DNA of 63,860 nucleotides, the filler included, from a bacterium (GTDB lineage Bacteria > JAMOTN01), in the NCBI GenBank assembly GCA_027062325.1. It is 6 parts of 6 records of this genome, joined end to end, with 100 filler letters (N's around TTAATTAATTAA, not from the genome) between each part and the next. Parts side by side here need not be neighbours in the genome. Positions count along the whole stretch, not along the records: positions 38,310 to 45,577 come from JAMOTN010000039.1; positions 45,678 to 52,864 come from JAMOTN010000040.1; positions 52,965 to 60,103 come from JAMOTN010000041.1; 3 more parts are not named here. The stretch is one strand, 5' to 3'. Each line of letters begins with the position of its first letter. Position 1 is the stretch's first letter. This document shows, in pieces, positions 43,470 through 53,693 of this stretch. Made by a program: the position numbers and the translations under genes. The notes under the pieces were generated by a model that was given only the letters and a program-made list of their open reading frames with translations, ran no database searches and had not been told where the DNA came from.

Positions 43470-44831
43470 TTGAAATTTATTAAAAACATCATAGGTAAAA
43501 TCTCTGCTACTCCTAACATCGATTACTCCATCATTTCTATGGCATTTCCAGCAATATTAGAAAATGCCCTCCATTCACTTCCAATATTTGCAATAACTGC
43601 TACTTTAGGGCATATCAATAGCTCTCTTCTTGCCACATACAGTGTTGGACAAAGTGTCCTATTTCTATTCATGGTTCTATTTATGACAGGAAATATTACC
43701 ATAATGTCTTTTACCAGTAGAAGCGTTGATGAAGAAGAAGAAAAAACAACTTTAGCAAGTGGCATAATGCTTGCTATAATTCTTAGCATAGTATCTATTG
43801 TCTTAATTTGGCTTTTCTCCAAAAAATTGATCCTATTCATCTCAACTGAAATTGACACAAATAAAGCACATCTCTATGTAATAGCCATGGCACTCACATC
43901 CCCACTATTTTCCATAGTTTTTAGCATTCACTACTGGCTTTACGGAAGACGAATGTTTTCTAAAGCTTTTTTTGCATCAGTGGTAGACAGCATGGTAATG
44001 GCAATAGTAGCTTCTATCCTCTTATGTAAAACAACCTCATTACTTTCCATTCCCATAGCTACAATTTTTGCTTCTTTTGCAAGACTTACTGTCTTCTACT
44101 TCACATCCGATACATTTAAATTCCTAAAAGCTATAAAGCAAGACTTGGTATCCTCATTATCTCAATCATTGCCTCAATATATTCAGAAGCTCAAATCCAT
44201 GCTTAACTTCTGGCTCTTCACATTCTTAGAACGAGCCGCCCTAAGAGGGGCATATTTTATCTTCAACAAAATTGTGGGAATGCTTGGAGCTACAGCTATA
44301 GCCGCTCAACAGGTAGCCATTCAAGTAGAAAGCTTAATGTATATGCCATATTTTGGAATAGCATTGGTGGCAAACTCAGTCGCAGGTAAAATTGCAAAAG
44401 GAAACCAAAAGAAGCGTTTTCTTTCAATATATTCTCGTCTTATGAAACTAGCCTCAATCACATCTGTGATGGGAGGAATAATTCTATTCTTTGTAAGGCA
44501 CACAATTGCAGCCCTTTTTTCTTCGGATCCCCAAGTGATCGCACTCGCTGCCCAAGCATTGATTGTAATCCCTATTGAACTACCAACAATGTGTATGACT
44601 TTTGTCCTTTCTAACTCCCTCAGAGCCCTAAACCGTCCAAAACTTTTGATGCTTATTTCTACTGCAACTTCATGGGGAGTCCGCGTGTGTCTAGGATATA
44701 CCCTAGCAATCATATTAAAATTTGGACTTCTGGGAGTCTGGATAGCAACCACAATAGAGTGGAGTATTAAGGTTACTGTCTACAGCTTTATTCTAAATAG
44801 AATGCTGAAGTCGCTAAACGTAACTAAATAA
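43470..44831 (+). CDS. MATE family efflux transporter
   Basis: MAFPAILE, about 12 TM segments, LGATAIAAQQV, FGLLGVWIA. Confidence 0.85.
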   Translation: MKFIKNIIGKISATPNIDYSIISMAFPAILENALHSLPIFAITATLGHINSSLLATYSVGQSVLFLFMVLFMTGNITIMSFTSRSVDEEEEKTTLASGIMLAIILSIVSIVLIWLFSKKLILFISTEIDTNKAHLYVIAMALTSPLFSIVFSIHYWLYGRRMFSKAFFASVVDSMVMAIVASILLCKTTSLLSIPIATIFASFARLTVFYFTSDTFKFLKAIKQDLVSSLSQSLPQYIQKLKSMLNFWLFTFLERAALRGAYFIFNKIVGMLGATAIAAQQVAIQVESLMYMPYFGIALVANSVAGKIAKGNQKKRFLSIYSRLMKLASITSVMGGIILFFVRHTIAALFSSDPQVIALAAQALIVIPIELPTMCMTFVLSNSLRALNRPKLLMLISTATSWGVRVCLGYTLAIILKFGLLGVWIATTIEWSIKVTVYSFILNRMLKSLNVTK

Positions 44832-44850
44832 TAAAAAACCACACCGCAAT

Positions 44851-45577
44851 TTAACTTCCAGTTTCTGCAATTTCATAAAAATGCTCTTTAAACTTCTCTG
44901 GCCCTATTGCAACAAGCCTCAACTTCTCTGGTCTCATATACTCATTAGCTACTCGTCTCACATCATCTATTGTGATAGAACACATTTCATCCAATAAAGC
45001 TTTAAAGTTTCTCGCCTTCCCAAAGTAAACGTAATCACGCGCCACCGTCGCCGTCATAGCAGTAACAGAATCTTGTCGCATCAAAACTCTTCTTCTTACC
45101 ATTCCTTTAATTTTTTCAAGAGTGCTATCATCTAGCTCATTCAAAGATCTGAGTATTTCATCAACCATATTTTTCCCAACCTCAAACAACTCAGGAATTG
45201 TTGCAAAATATATGACAAATTCCCCGTATTTTTTATAGGGAGAAAAGTAGCTGTAAACAGAGTAAGTAAGAGGATTTTCTTCTCTTAAGGCTCTGTAAAG
45301 AACAGAACTCATTCCATCACCAAGATAAGCATTTAGTAGCCAAAATACAAATCTATCTTTTGAACTGTATCCAACAGCCGGTCCTCCATAACATACGTGA
45401 ATCTGCTCAACATCTTTGGAATAGTAAATACTTTTTTTTCTATTAACTTCAGCCCTTACAACTTTCCCTAAGTCTTTTTTAGCTGTAAATTTATACTCAC
45501 TCCAAACACTTTCCACAACTTTTAACTCTTGCTCATCTATATCTCCTGCTAAAACTAAAAAAACATTGGGAGAACCA
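44851..45577 (-). CDS. M16 (pitrilysin-family) peptidase, C-terminal part, truncated by gap
   Basis: Frame is open from the gap (SPNVFLVLAGDID); EQIHV, LGDGMSSVLYRALRE...LTYSVYS, ITIDDVRRVA. Confidence 0.85.
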
Positions 45578-45677
45578 NNNNNNNNNNNNNNNNNNNNNNN
45601 NNNNNNNNNNNNNNNNNNNNNTTAATTAATTAANNNNNNNNNNNNNNNNNNNNNNNNNNNNNNNNNNNNNNNNNNNN
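45578..45677. other. Artificial contig spacer
   Basis: N44-TTAATTAATTAA-N44. Confidence 0.99.
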
Positions 45678-46608
45678 AATAATAGTTTTGGTGTTGGCAA
45701 GTGGAGTTATAGCTTATCTTGGAGATTTACTTGGTCACAGAATTGGTAAGCGCAGAATAAAGTTGTTTGGATTGAGGCCTAAAACCACGGCTAAGATAGT
45801 TACAGTATTTATTGGAATATCTATCATGCTTGTTACCTTTGTTGTTCTTGTCACTTTTTCAAAGGAAGCTCGCATCGCTATTTTTGAAATGGATAAATAT
45901 ACTGCTCAGTTAAAAAGTTTAAAGTCTCTAATGGCAAGTTATGAGGTTGAGATTAAAGAACTTGCGAGAAAAGCTGCGAAGTTGCGTATGGAACTTGCAG
46001 CGCAGAGGAGTCAACAGGTTATAGTGACGAGATTTGATCTTTTAGGATATGTTTACCTACCTGCTGGTTTGAGCTATGTTGAGAGGTTGAGACGTGTGGA
46101 GAAGGCAGTTGAACTAATACTCAACACTTTGGAAAGTGATGGTGTCATTGTTAGAGCTAGTAGAAATAAGATAAGAGAAGAGGTTGAAAAGTTGAAAATA
46201 AGCATAGCTGATAAGAGTACCTCGTTAATTGTAGCGATGATTGCTCTTGAGAATGTAGTGAAGGGATCAGAACTTGGGAAAGTAAGTTTCATAGTTGTTG
46301 AAAATAAGGTAGTCTTTAGAAAAGGAGAGGAGTTATTGAAAGAACATCCTATTGAGTTTTCGGTAGAAGATAGAGACAGTTTTTTTGATAAAATTAGAGA
46401 CATAAAGGATAAATTGGAGGAGCTTGCGCGCCGAAGATACGTGGTGGCAAGTCCTGCTGTGGTATTAGAATTATCTGAGATTGCCAAGCTGATAAATGCA
46501 CTTGAAGAATATGGGAAAGTCAAAGTTTGGTTTAAAGTGCTGGAAGACAGTGATAGACTGCATCCGGTTAAGGTAGGGGTAGTATGGAAAGCTTCGGGTG
46601 GGAAGTAA
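45678..46608 (+). CDS. DUF3084-family membrane-anchored coiled-coil protein, 5'-truncated
   Basis: SGVIAYLGD.LG.RIGKRR..LFGLRPK.TA..VT is the family's N-terminal signature. Confidence 0.8.
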
Positions 46609-47438
46609 TAATAGCGTTTTCGTTTTCCTACTTTTCTATATACTTTGCCCGGTGGTTTGGCTGGAATTTTAGGATATTAGACAACATTGGTATAAGGCTT
46701 ATTCCAAGAACTGGTGGTATTGGTTTGATTTTAACGTTTACGCTAGCTTTGTTTTTTGGATTGAGTTTAGAGGAGTATTCGATTTTATTGTTGGCATTTT
46801 TAGTTGGTTTTTTGGACGATGTGTTTCAGCTTGAGGGGCAAAAAAAACTGTTTTTCATAGTTGTATTTTCCTTAATATTTCTCATGTTTCGATTTAGTGA
46901 ACCGGTTATGCTTGGTTGGTTGATAGTTGCTGTTGTGGTTATTCCAGCCATGATGGTTTCTGATGGGATCGATGGTTTGCTGGCAACTCATACTTTCTTG
47001 GTACTGATGGTGCTTTTGATGTACGGTAACAGGAGTATAATGTTACTTTTTATGTTGGGTTTTCTGCTTATGTTTTTCATATTCAACGCTCAACCAGCTC
47101 GTATTTTTCTTGGAGATAGCGGTAGTATGTTGCTAGCTTTTGCTACCTGGATGGTGCTTGTGCAGACGAATAACTACTGGTTGGTGTTTGCCTTGGTGAT
47201 GCCAATTGTAGATCTGGTGACAGTAGCGGTGCTCAGGTATGTAAAGGGAGTCAGCCCATTCAAAGAGGATAGAAATCATATTCATCATATTTTAGAACGT
47301 AAATTTGGTACACATGTGGCGATTTTGATATATTCTCTTCCTGTGTTGTTTTACATGACAGTCTTCTATTCTTCTGTATATTTGGCAAGCTTAATAGCTT
47401 TGATGTGTGCTCTGGTTATAGAGGTTGTATTTAGGTGA
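46584..47438 (+). CDS. WecA/TagO-like polyprenyl-phosphate HexNAc-1-phosphate transferase (glycosyltransferase family 4)
   Basis: IPRTGG, GFLDD, DGIDGL, FN.QPARIFLGDSGS, PF..DRNHIHH. Confidence 0.88.
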   Translation: MESFGWEVIIAFSFSYFSIYFARWFGWNFRILDNIGIRLIPRTGGIGLILTFTLALFFGLSLEEYSILLLAFLVGFLDDVFQLEGQKKLFFIVVFSLIFLMFRFSEPVMLGWLIVAVVVIPAMMVSDGIDGLLATHTFLVLMVLLMYGNRSIMLLFMLGFLLMFFIFNAQPARIFLGDSGSMLLAFATWMVLVQTNNYWLVFALVMPIVDLVTVAVLRYVKGVSPFKEDRNHIHHILERKFGTHVAILIYSLPVLFYMTVFYSSVYLASLIALMCALVIEVVFR

Positions 47439-48310
47439 ATTGGAGGGGTTGTAAATTGGTGTTGGGATTGAAGTTTTTTCGCGATATTGATCTGAATACA
47501 TTGAGATATCCTGTTATGTTCATAGGAGATGGAGATACGGGGAAATTTGAGTTGGCTTTGAGATTAACGCTCAGGTTATTGGTAGGGGATCTGGAGGATG
47601 TTGAATTCGCTTCGAGTTTGTTTAAAGGGTATGAGTCGCTTTTTCTAGTTTGGCCTAAAGGTGGGAAAATTGGCATAGATTTTGTAAGAGAGGTAAAAAA
47701 TTTTGATCTAATGCAGCGTGGTGGAGTTTGTATAATCAAAGAAGCTGAATTTATGACAGTTGAGGCGGCAAATGCTTTGTTAAAGGTGCTGGAAGAGAGT
47801 GAGAATACAAAATTTGTGTTGACTGTAACTGATGAGGGGAAGGTGCTTGATACTATAAAAAGCCGATGTTACCGTGTGAGGTTGGCTTCAGAGAGTTTTA
47901 GTTTTTTAGAGAGGTTTTCAAATTCGTTGGTTAATACTGGTTTTTCAATTTTGACAGTTGCTCCTGATATTTCAAAATTTTCTGAAACAGTTGTGGGAAT
48001 AGTTGATTACTTAGATGCCGCAGATAGAATTGTAAGGGAATTGCTCAAGAAAGCAATTTCTGGAGTTGAGAATGGAGTTTTGCTCTACGATCAGTTCTTA
48101 AAAGAACTTGATAAGTATGTGGAGTTGGTGTTTGAAAGTATTCCGGGGGAGTTGGAGGAGTATTTTGAAGCTGAGCGCAAATATTTTCCATTAAGATTAA
48201 AGAATGCTCTTTATGCTGTGCTTGTTGAAGAAAAAAATGGTTATCTGCCTCGATTTAGTTTAGAAAGCTACAATGCAGATCTTAAAATTTTGGGATTACT
48301 CACGGAGTAA
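47435..48310 (+). CDS. holB: DNA polymerase III delta' subunit-like clamp-loader protein (divergent)
   Basis: IGIDFVR, AEFMTVEAANALLKVLEE, VLDTIKSRC; sits directly upstream of ricT as in the conserved holB-yaaT arrangement. Confidence 0.72.
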   Translation: MNWRGCKLVLGLKFFRDIDLNTLRYPVMFIGDGDTGKFELALRLTLRLLVGDLEDVEFASSLFKGYESLFLVWPKGGKIGIDFVREVKNFDLMQRGGVCIIKEAEFMTVEAANALLKVLEESENTKFVLTVTDEGKVLDTIKSRCYRVRLASESFSFLERFSNSLVNTGFSILTVAPDISKFSETVVGIVDYLDAADRIVRELLKKAISGVENGVLLYDQFLKELDKYVELVFESIPGELEEYFEAERKYFPLRLKNALYAVLVEEKNGYLPRFSLESYNADLKILGLLTE

Positions 48311-48323
48311 GGGAGGTATAAGA

Positions 48324-49709
48324 ATGAAAGATCAAGAAAAAAGGAATAAAGATAAAAGGAAGTTTAAGAGTAAGAGAAAGGAGAATAAGAGTAATAATAG
48401 TAAAAAGGGAAATAAGAAGTTCAAAGGGAAAAAAAATGATAGAAACTTTAAGTTTGGAAAGAGAAGGTTTGATAAGAAGTGGGATAAGGAAAAGAGTGTC
48501 ATCAAAAGTAGGGATATAGAAAGAAGTTCCTCTTCTGGTATAGAGGAAGAAAAGCTTAAACAAGGTGAGAGTCAAGGTGCTGGACGACATGTTGAAGGAA
48601 TTGCCATAGAAAAAGAGGATACAAGAAATTTTAATAAAAAGGCTGAGGAGGTTAAAAGTTTTCATTCTGAAACTGCTCATTTGCAAAATAGTAAAACAAA
48701 AGGAGAAAAGAAAAAGAGCAAGAAAAAGGAGAAGAAGGGACAGAAGATTGATTATGACGTAAGGGCTAAAGATGAAGTGGCAGAGCCGATGAAGAAAGTA
48801 TTAGTGTCTTATTTACCCCCACTTGTTGCAAATGTAGAGGTTCCACAATCGGTGAACTTAGGAGAAAAGATAGTTGTGGATTCACCAAGGGGGGTGCGTT
48901 TAGTCACAGTTATAGAAGAGGGGTGGGATGATGATTTAGAGGTATTTGAATTTTTAAGAAGACCGACGAATAAAGATGTGGAATTGATGAAGAAATTCCT
49001 CGATAAACTTCCAGAATATGCTTCCATATTTATGGAAGAGGTTAGTAAGTTGTCGCTACCTATGAAGTTTGTAAGGGCTGAAGTTATTTTGGAAGGGAAA
49101 GTGATTTATTATTACGTTGCAGAAGATAGAGTAGATTTCAGGCAACTTTTGAGAAATTTGCAAAAAAGATTGGATGTTCAAATTGAGTTTAGGCAGATAC
49201 CTGTACGAGATGGAATGCGATTAAAAGGTGGACTTGGGATATGTGGACGAGTTTTGTGTTGTAAGTTGTTTTTGAGAAAGTTTGATTCTATAAGTATAAA
49301 ATTGTTGGAGTTGCAAAATCTTTCGATAAGTCCGTTGAAGGCTAGTGGATTATGTGGACGATTGATGTGTTGTTTAAAATTTGAAAGCGAATACTATGAG
49401 GAGCAGCAGAAAAAGTATCCACCAGTTGGTGCAATTGTGCTGGTTAAAGGGGAGAAAAAAGGAATTGTTACTGATAGAAATTTTGTTTTGGAAAGTGTGA
49501 TTGTTGAATATGAGACTGGATTAACTGAGAATGTTTTCATAAAAGACATAGAAATATTAGAGGTTCCAGAAAATACAGATCAGTTAAATGTTGATCAGGA
49601 AGTTAGTAAAGAGGAGACATTTGAAGAAGATGGAGCTTCTGATGTGGATGAGGGCAATGAATCTTTGATTTTGTCTGATACTTCAACCTCAGAAGTTGAT
49701 AGCGAGTAA
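48324..49709 (+). CDS. ricT: RicT/YaaT (PSP1 domain) protein with long Lys-rich N-terminal extension
   Basis: YYVAEDRVDFRQL, IEFRQI.VRD, GGLGICGRVLCC, KASGLCGRLMCCLKFE. ATG 48324 follows GGGAGG. Confidence 0.85.
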   Translation: MKDQEKRNKDKRKFKSKRKENKSNNSKKGNKKFKGKKNDRNFKFGKRRFDKKWDKEKSVIKSRDIERSSSSGIEEEKLKQGESQGAGRHVEGIAIEKEDTRNFNKKAEEVKSFHSETAHLQNSKTKGEKKKSKKKEKKGQKIDYDVRAKDEVAEPMKKVLVSYLPPLVANVEVPQSVNLGEKIVVDSPRGVRLVTVIEEGWDDDLEVFEFLRRPTNKDVELMKKFLDKLPEYASIFMEEVSKLSLPMKFVRAEVILEGKVIYYYVAEDRVDFRQLLRNLQKRLDVQIEFRQIPVRDGMRLKGGLGICGRVLCCKLFLRKFDSISIKLLELQNLSISPLKASGLCGRLMCCLKFESEYYEEQQKKYPPVGAIVLVKGEKKGIVTDRNFVLESVIVEYETGLTENVFIKDIEILEVPENTDQLNVDQEVSKEETFEEDGASDVDEGNESLILSDTSTSEVDSE

Positions 49710-49752
49710 TCTGACTTATTGTAGATAGGTTGGTTGTAAGGAGGAGTGTTGG

Positions 49753-50613
49753 ATGACGGTGAAAAGGGCGTGTCTTTTAGGAGGAGGAAGTTTAGCTGAA
49801 AGTGTTTTTAGGGATGCAAGTTTTGATGTGTACTTCACTTTTGCTGATTTTTACGATAGATACGCTGAATTGGGAGCAAAGGAGAATGGCAGAAATTTTA
49901 TTGTATTGAGAGAAAAAAGTGTTGATAAAGCTTTGCAGGAGTTACTGGCAGCTTTAAAGGTTTTGAGAGTTGATCGATTGATGATGATAGGATACATACC
50001 TCAAAATTTAAGGTTGGTGGCTGGCAAGCATGATGAAGAAGCGGTAAAAAGTGTTTTGAATTTGCTTGAAAGTTATGGAGTTAGTGTTGAAAGTTATATC
50101 GATTACTTTGCTGCAAAAGGGAAAGTGTGGGGGAAGTTTGCTCAAAGGCTTGGGGCTAAAAATTACCATGATACACTTCTTAGTAAGGCATTGGATTTGA
50201 ATGGAATTACTGGATATCAGGCTAGCATTTGGTTAAATGAGCGCCTCTTGTTTTCAGAAGGGGCAGGAGGGACAGATTGGTTGTTAGCTGAGTCATTGGA
50301 GTTTATAGAAAAAGGTGTTAGAGGTAGAGAAGTTTCTGAGGGTATGGATTTGAAATTTGATTTGGTGTTTTTTAAGTTGCCGAGACCAAATCAGAATTTG
50401 CTTATTGATGTGCCGGTTGTGGGAAAGAAAACTTTTGAGGGAATTTTTAAGATGAAAGAGTCGTTGGAGAAACTGACTGATGGTAACTCAAGGGTTAGTG
50501 TGGTTATGTGGGAAGGAGTGGTATTAGATTTGGATGAGAAATACTTTGAAATTTTAGAAAAAATGAGTGAGGAGGTAGAGTTTTTTGCCGCAAGTGTTGA
50601 TCTCGGCAGTTGA
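49753..50613 (+). CDS. lpxI: Divergent LpxI-like UDP-2,3-diacylglucosamine diphosphatase (DUF1009)
   Basis: LLGGGSL, EGAGGTD.LL, KLPRPNQ...IDVPVVG..T; adjacent to lpxB. Confidence 0.65.
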   Translation: MTVKRACLLGGGSLAESVFRDASFDVYFTFADFYDRYAELGAKENGRNFIVLREKSVDKALQELLAALKVLRVDRLMMIGYIPQNLRLVAGKHDEEAVKSVLNLLESYGVSVESYIDYFAAKGKVWGKFAQRLGAKNYHDTLLSKALDLNGITGYQASIWLNERLLFSEGAGGTDWLLAESLEFIEKGVRGREVSEGMDLKFDLVFFKLPRPNQNLLIDVPVVGKKTFEGIFKMKESLEKLTDGNSRVSVVMWEGVVLDLDEKYFEILEKMSEEVEFFAASVDLGS

Positions 50614-51634
50614 AGATTCGGCTTTAAATTACGCTATTAAGTTATGTGCTGCTCTTTTAAGGTTTGGGTTGAATTCTGAAGAGATTAGATTGCAAACCCA
50701 TCGTTCGGATAGAGAGTTTCTAGTTGAAAGTAATAGGATTTCAAATGAATATGCGTTTGATGCTGCTTTTGGTATAGGAGATATTTTTAAAAATCTACCG
50801 CGTTATATAAAAACTATTTGGAGAAATTATGAGTGTGATGTGGCTTGCTTGATAGATTCTCCAGATTTTCATCTCCACCTTGCGAGACAGCTTAAAAAGA
50901 ATGGGAAAAAAGTTGTTTTCTTTATTCTACCCAAGTTTTGGGCGTGGGGAGGAGTAAAAAAAATACGTAAGTTTCACGAAGTTGCCGATGCTTTAGTTAG
51001 TATATTGCCATTTGAATATGAACAACTCAAGATGATATTTCCAAGAAGCAAAAAGATTTTTTACTTTGGGCATCCTTTGGTTGAATTGATAGATGTGCCG
51101 AGGGAGTTTGAGCTTAGAGCAGAGACACTGTTTTTACCGGGAAGTAGAGCAGGAGAGATAAAGAGACACACTGATTTATTTAGGGGAAGTGAATTCGACT
51201 GTGCACTTGTGAGAAAAGAGTTTGCTTTACTTGTAGAAGAGAAAAGAGTAGCTAAAAAAGTAATAACTGATTACAGTAAACGCTATGCTTTTTTTGTGGA
51301 ATTTGAAAGAGCTGCGGCAAAGTGTGGAACTGTAACGCTTGAGCTGGCTTTGTTGGGAATACCATTTGTTACCTTTTACAAGCCAGATTGGTTAGCAGGA
51401 ATTGTTGGAAAGTGGTTGGTTGATGTTGAGTACTTTTCTCTTCCAAATTTGATATTGAACAGGGAGGTTGTTAAAGAATTCATAGGAGGTTTTGATCCGC
51501 TTGAAGTAAAAAGGGAGTTGGAAGAGCTGGATAGAGAATCTCAACTTGAAGCTTTTGAAGAGATATGGGGGCTTTTGAAATTGGAGAAAAGTGTTTTTGA
51601 AAGGTTAGCGGCTCTTTTGATTGATATGAAGTAG
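50585..51634 (+). CDS. lpxB: Lipid-A-disaccharide synthase
   Basis: IDSPDFH, LPKFWAW, ILPFE, FGHPL, LPGSR..EI, GTVTLELALLGIP, SLPNLI. Confidence 0.9.
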   Translation: MPQVLISAVEDSALNYAIKLCAALLRFGLNSEEIRLQTHRSDREFLVESNRISNEYAFDAAFGIGDIFKNLPRYIKTIWRNYECDVACLIDSPDFHLHLARQLKKNGKKVVFFILPKFWAWGGVKKIRKFHEVADALVSILPFEYEQLKMIFPRSKKIFYFGHPLVELIDVPREFELRAETLFLPGSRAGEIKRHTDLFRGSEFDCALVRKEFALLVEEKRVAKKVITDYSKRYAFFVEFERAAAKCGTVTLELALLGIPFVTFYKPDWLAGIVGKWLVDVEYFSLPNLILNREVVKEFIGGFDPLEVKRELEELDRESQLEAFEEIWGLLKLEKSVFERLAALLIDMK

Positions 51635-51649
51635 GGTAAGTTGAATTGA

Positions 51650-52864
51650 GTGAAGAAGGGAGGAGAAATTTTGAAAGAAAATTATAAAACTTACTTAAAA
51701 TTCCTCTTTTCTTTTAAAGGAGCAAAAAAGTACTTTGGAATGGCCATAGTCGCCACTGTTCTACACAGTGCTTTTGACTTTGCACCAACGTGGTTGGTAA
51801 TGAAGCTGTTTGGAGTGATTTTTGATACGAAGAATTTGTTAGCACTTGTAGGGTTAGCTGTTGGAATAGTTGTGACATATATATTGGCCTCCGTAATGTT
51901 TTTCACCAAGGAGTTTTCAGTAAGATGGTTGGGGGCTTTTTTGAACTACACTTTGCGTATAAAAATCTTTGAAAAGTTGCTTAAGCTACCACCGTATAGA
52001 AAGGAATTAAAGGACAGAGGAAACATATTAAATTTGGCTTCTGCAGATCTTGAGATAATTCAAGGAATTTACTCTTCCATAATAGATGTCATAGGTAGAA
52101 CTTTATTTTTGATTATGACGCTTGGTTTTATGCTTTACTTGAACTGGCGTTTGCTTTTGTTTTCACTTGCGACTTTGCCGATTGTTGCTTTGATTGTGAG
52201 AAAGTTGACAACCCTTTTGAAAAGACATATTGCAGAGGCAAGGATTGCTTACAGCTCGCTTTTGAATAGAGTTAATGTTGCCATAGATGCTGTGGATGTT
52301 GTCAACGTTTATCGTAAGGATGAGTTTATGAAGCGGTTTTTGGAGAAAATTTACAAGGATTATCTTAAGAAATTTTTAAGAAGTGTTAGGGTTGTAAGCC
52401 TATTGAGTCCCTCGATTCAGATAACAGCTTCTGTTGGAATTGCTTTCATACTAATTGTTGGTGGAAAAAGTGTCTTCATGGGGGTTATGAAACCTCAAGA
52501 ATTGATGGCTTTTTTAATTGCGATGGCAAGAGCCCTTTTGCCTGCAAAAAGGTTAACTTCTCAACTTGGGAATTTTGAAAATTACAAAGTTGTTTTTGGC
52601 AGGTTGAATAATTACTTAAATTTACCTGAGTGCAATTGGAATGAAGGACAAGAGCTAAAGGGAGAATTTGAAAGGTTGAATTTTGAAGAGGTTAAAGTTG
52701 GGATAGGAGATAAATTAATATTGAGAGAGGTAAATTTTGAAGTTAAAAAGGGAGAGTTTGTGAGTATTGTTGGTCAGAGTGGGGAAGGTAAATCGACACT
52801 TCTGAGAGTAATTATGAAGATGTTCCCTTATGAGGGGAAAGCCAGAGTGAATGGAATTGAATTG
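51650..52864 (+). CDS. MsbA-like ABC exporter (TMD plus start of NBD), truncated by gap
   Basis: Six-TM ABC domain then Walker A GQSGEGKST; follows lpxB. Confidence 0.8.
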
Positions 52865-52964
52865 NNNNNNNNNNNNNNNNNNNNNNNNNNNNNNNNNNNN
52901 NNNNNNNNTTAATTAATTAANNNNNNNNNNNNNNNNNNNNNNNNNNNNNNNNNNNNNNNNNNNN
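52865..52964. other. Artificial contig spacer
   Basis: N44-TTAATTAATTAA-N44. Confidence 0.99.
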
Positions 52965-53693
52965 TTTCCCATAAACCCATCAATTCTCACAAGTCAAGTA
53001 AAACTCCTTTCAGGTTCTAGGAAAACAGTTGGTCTCGAATGGACACCTCCAATATCGTTTGATGTAATGCACGGAGATTTCTTTTTCTTGAGAAAAGAAG
53101 GTGTCATAGTAAAGCTCAACTCCAAAGGAAAATTTAAAGGTTTAATTATAACCCATACCGCAGCTCCAATAGACATGGTTGTCTTTTCCAAATTTATTAT
53201 TCTTCTAACACAAAATGGAGTTAAATCAATAGATTTCAAAGGGAATCTCATAGACTCAGTCTCATTCCCAGACAATACAGAAGACACTATTTTGTTCAAA
53301 TTTTTTACATACAATTCCAATTTAATGGTGGGTGATACAACTTCTGAACAACTGTTCACAGTTAAAGTATCTAAGTTAGGCAAGCTAAATTTAATCCCCT
53401 TTCAATCTAAACTAATTAAGCCAATCATTCCCCACAAGAAAAATGAGTATGTATTAGTAGATCCTATTCTTTCCAAAAACTTCAATAAAACTTACTTCTT
53501 CATAGTAAAATCCAATACTGAAATTCCATCTCTTTCTGCTGTAGTAGAAGCCAATGGAAGGAAAATCTTAACTAAAACAGAAGTTCCTTCATATCCAGGT
53601 TACGATTGCGCAAGGTGGATAGTTGTAGATAAAACAGGTGTGGTGTGGACTCTCACAAATCACCTGGGGGAGTTAAAACTTGAAGGTTTTTAG
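52965..53693 (+). CDS. Hypothetical beta-rich protein, 5'-truncated
   Basis: Frame is open from the gap (FPINPSIL...EWTPPISFDVMHGDF); short beta-strand pattern. Confidence 0.6.
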   Translation, partial: FPINPSILTSQVKLLSGSRKTVGLEWTPPISFDVMHGDFFFLRKEGVIVKLNSKGKFKGLIITHTAAPIDMVVFSKFIILLTQNGVKSIDFKGNLIDSVSFPDNTEDTILFKFFTYNSNLMVGDTTSEQLFTVKVSKLGKLNLIPFQSKLIKPIIPHKKNEYVLVDPILSKNFNKTYFFIVKSNTEIPSLSAVVEANGRKILTKTEVPSYPGYDCARWIVVDKTGVVWTLTNHLGELKLEGF

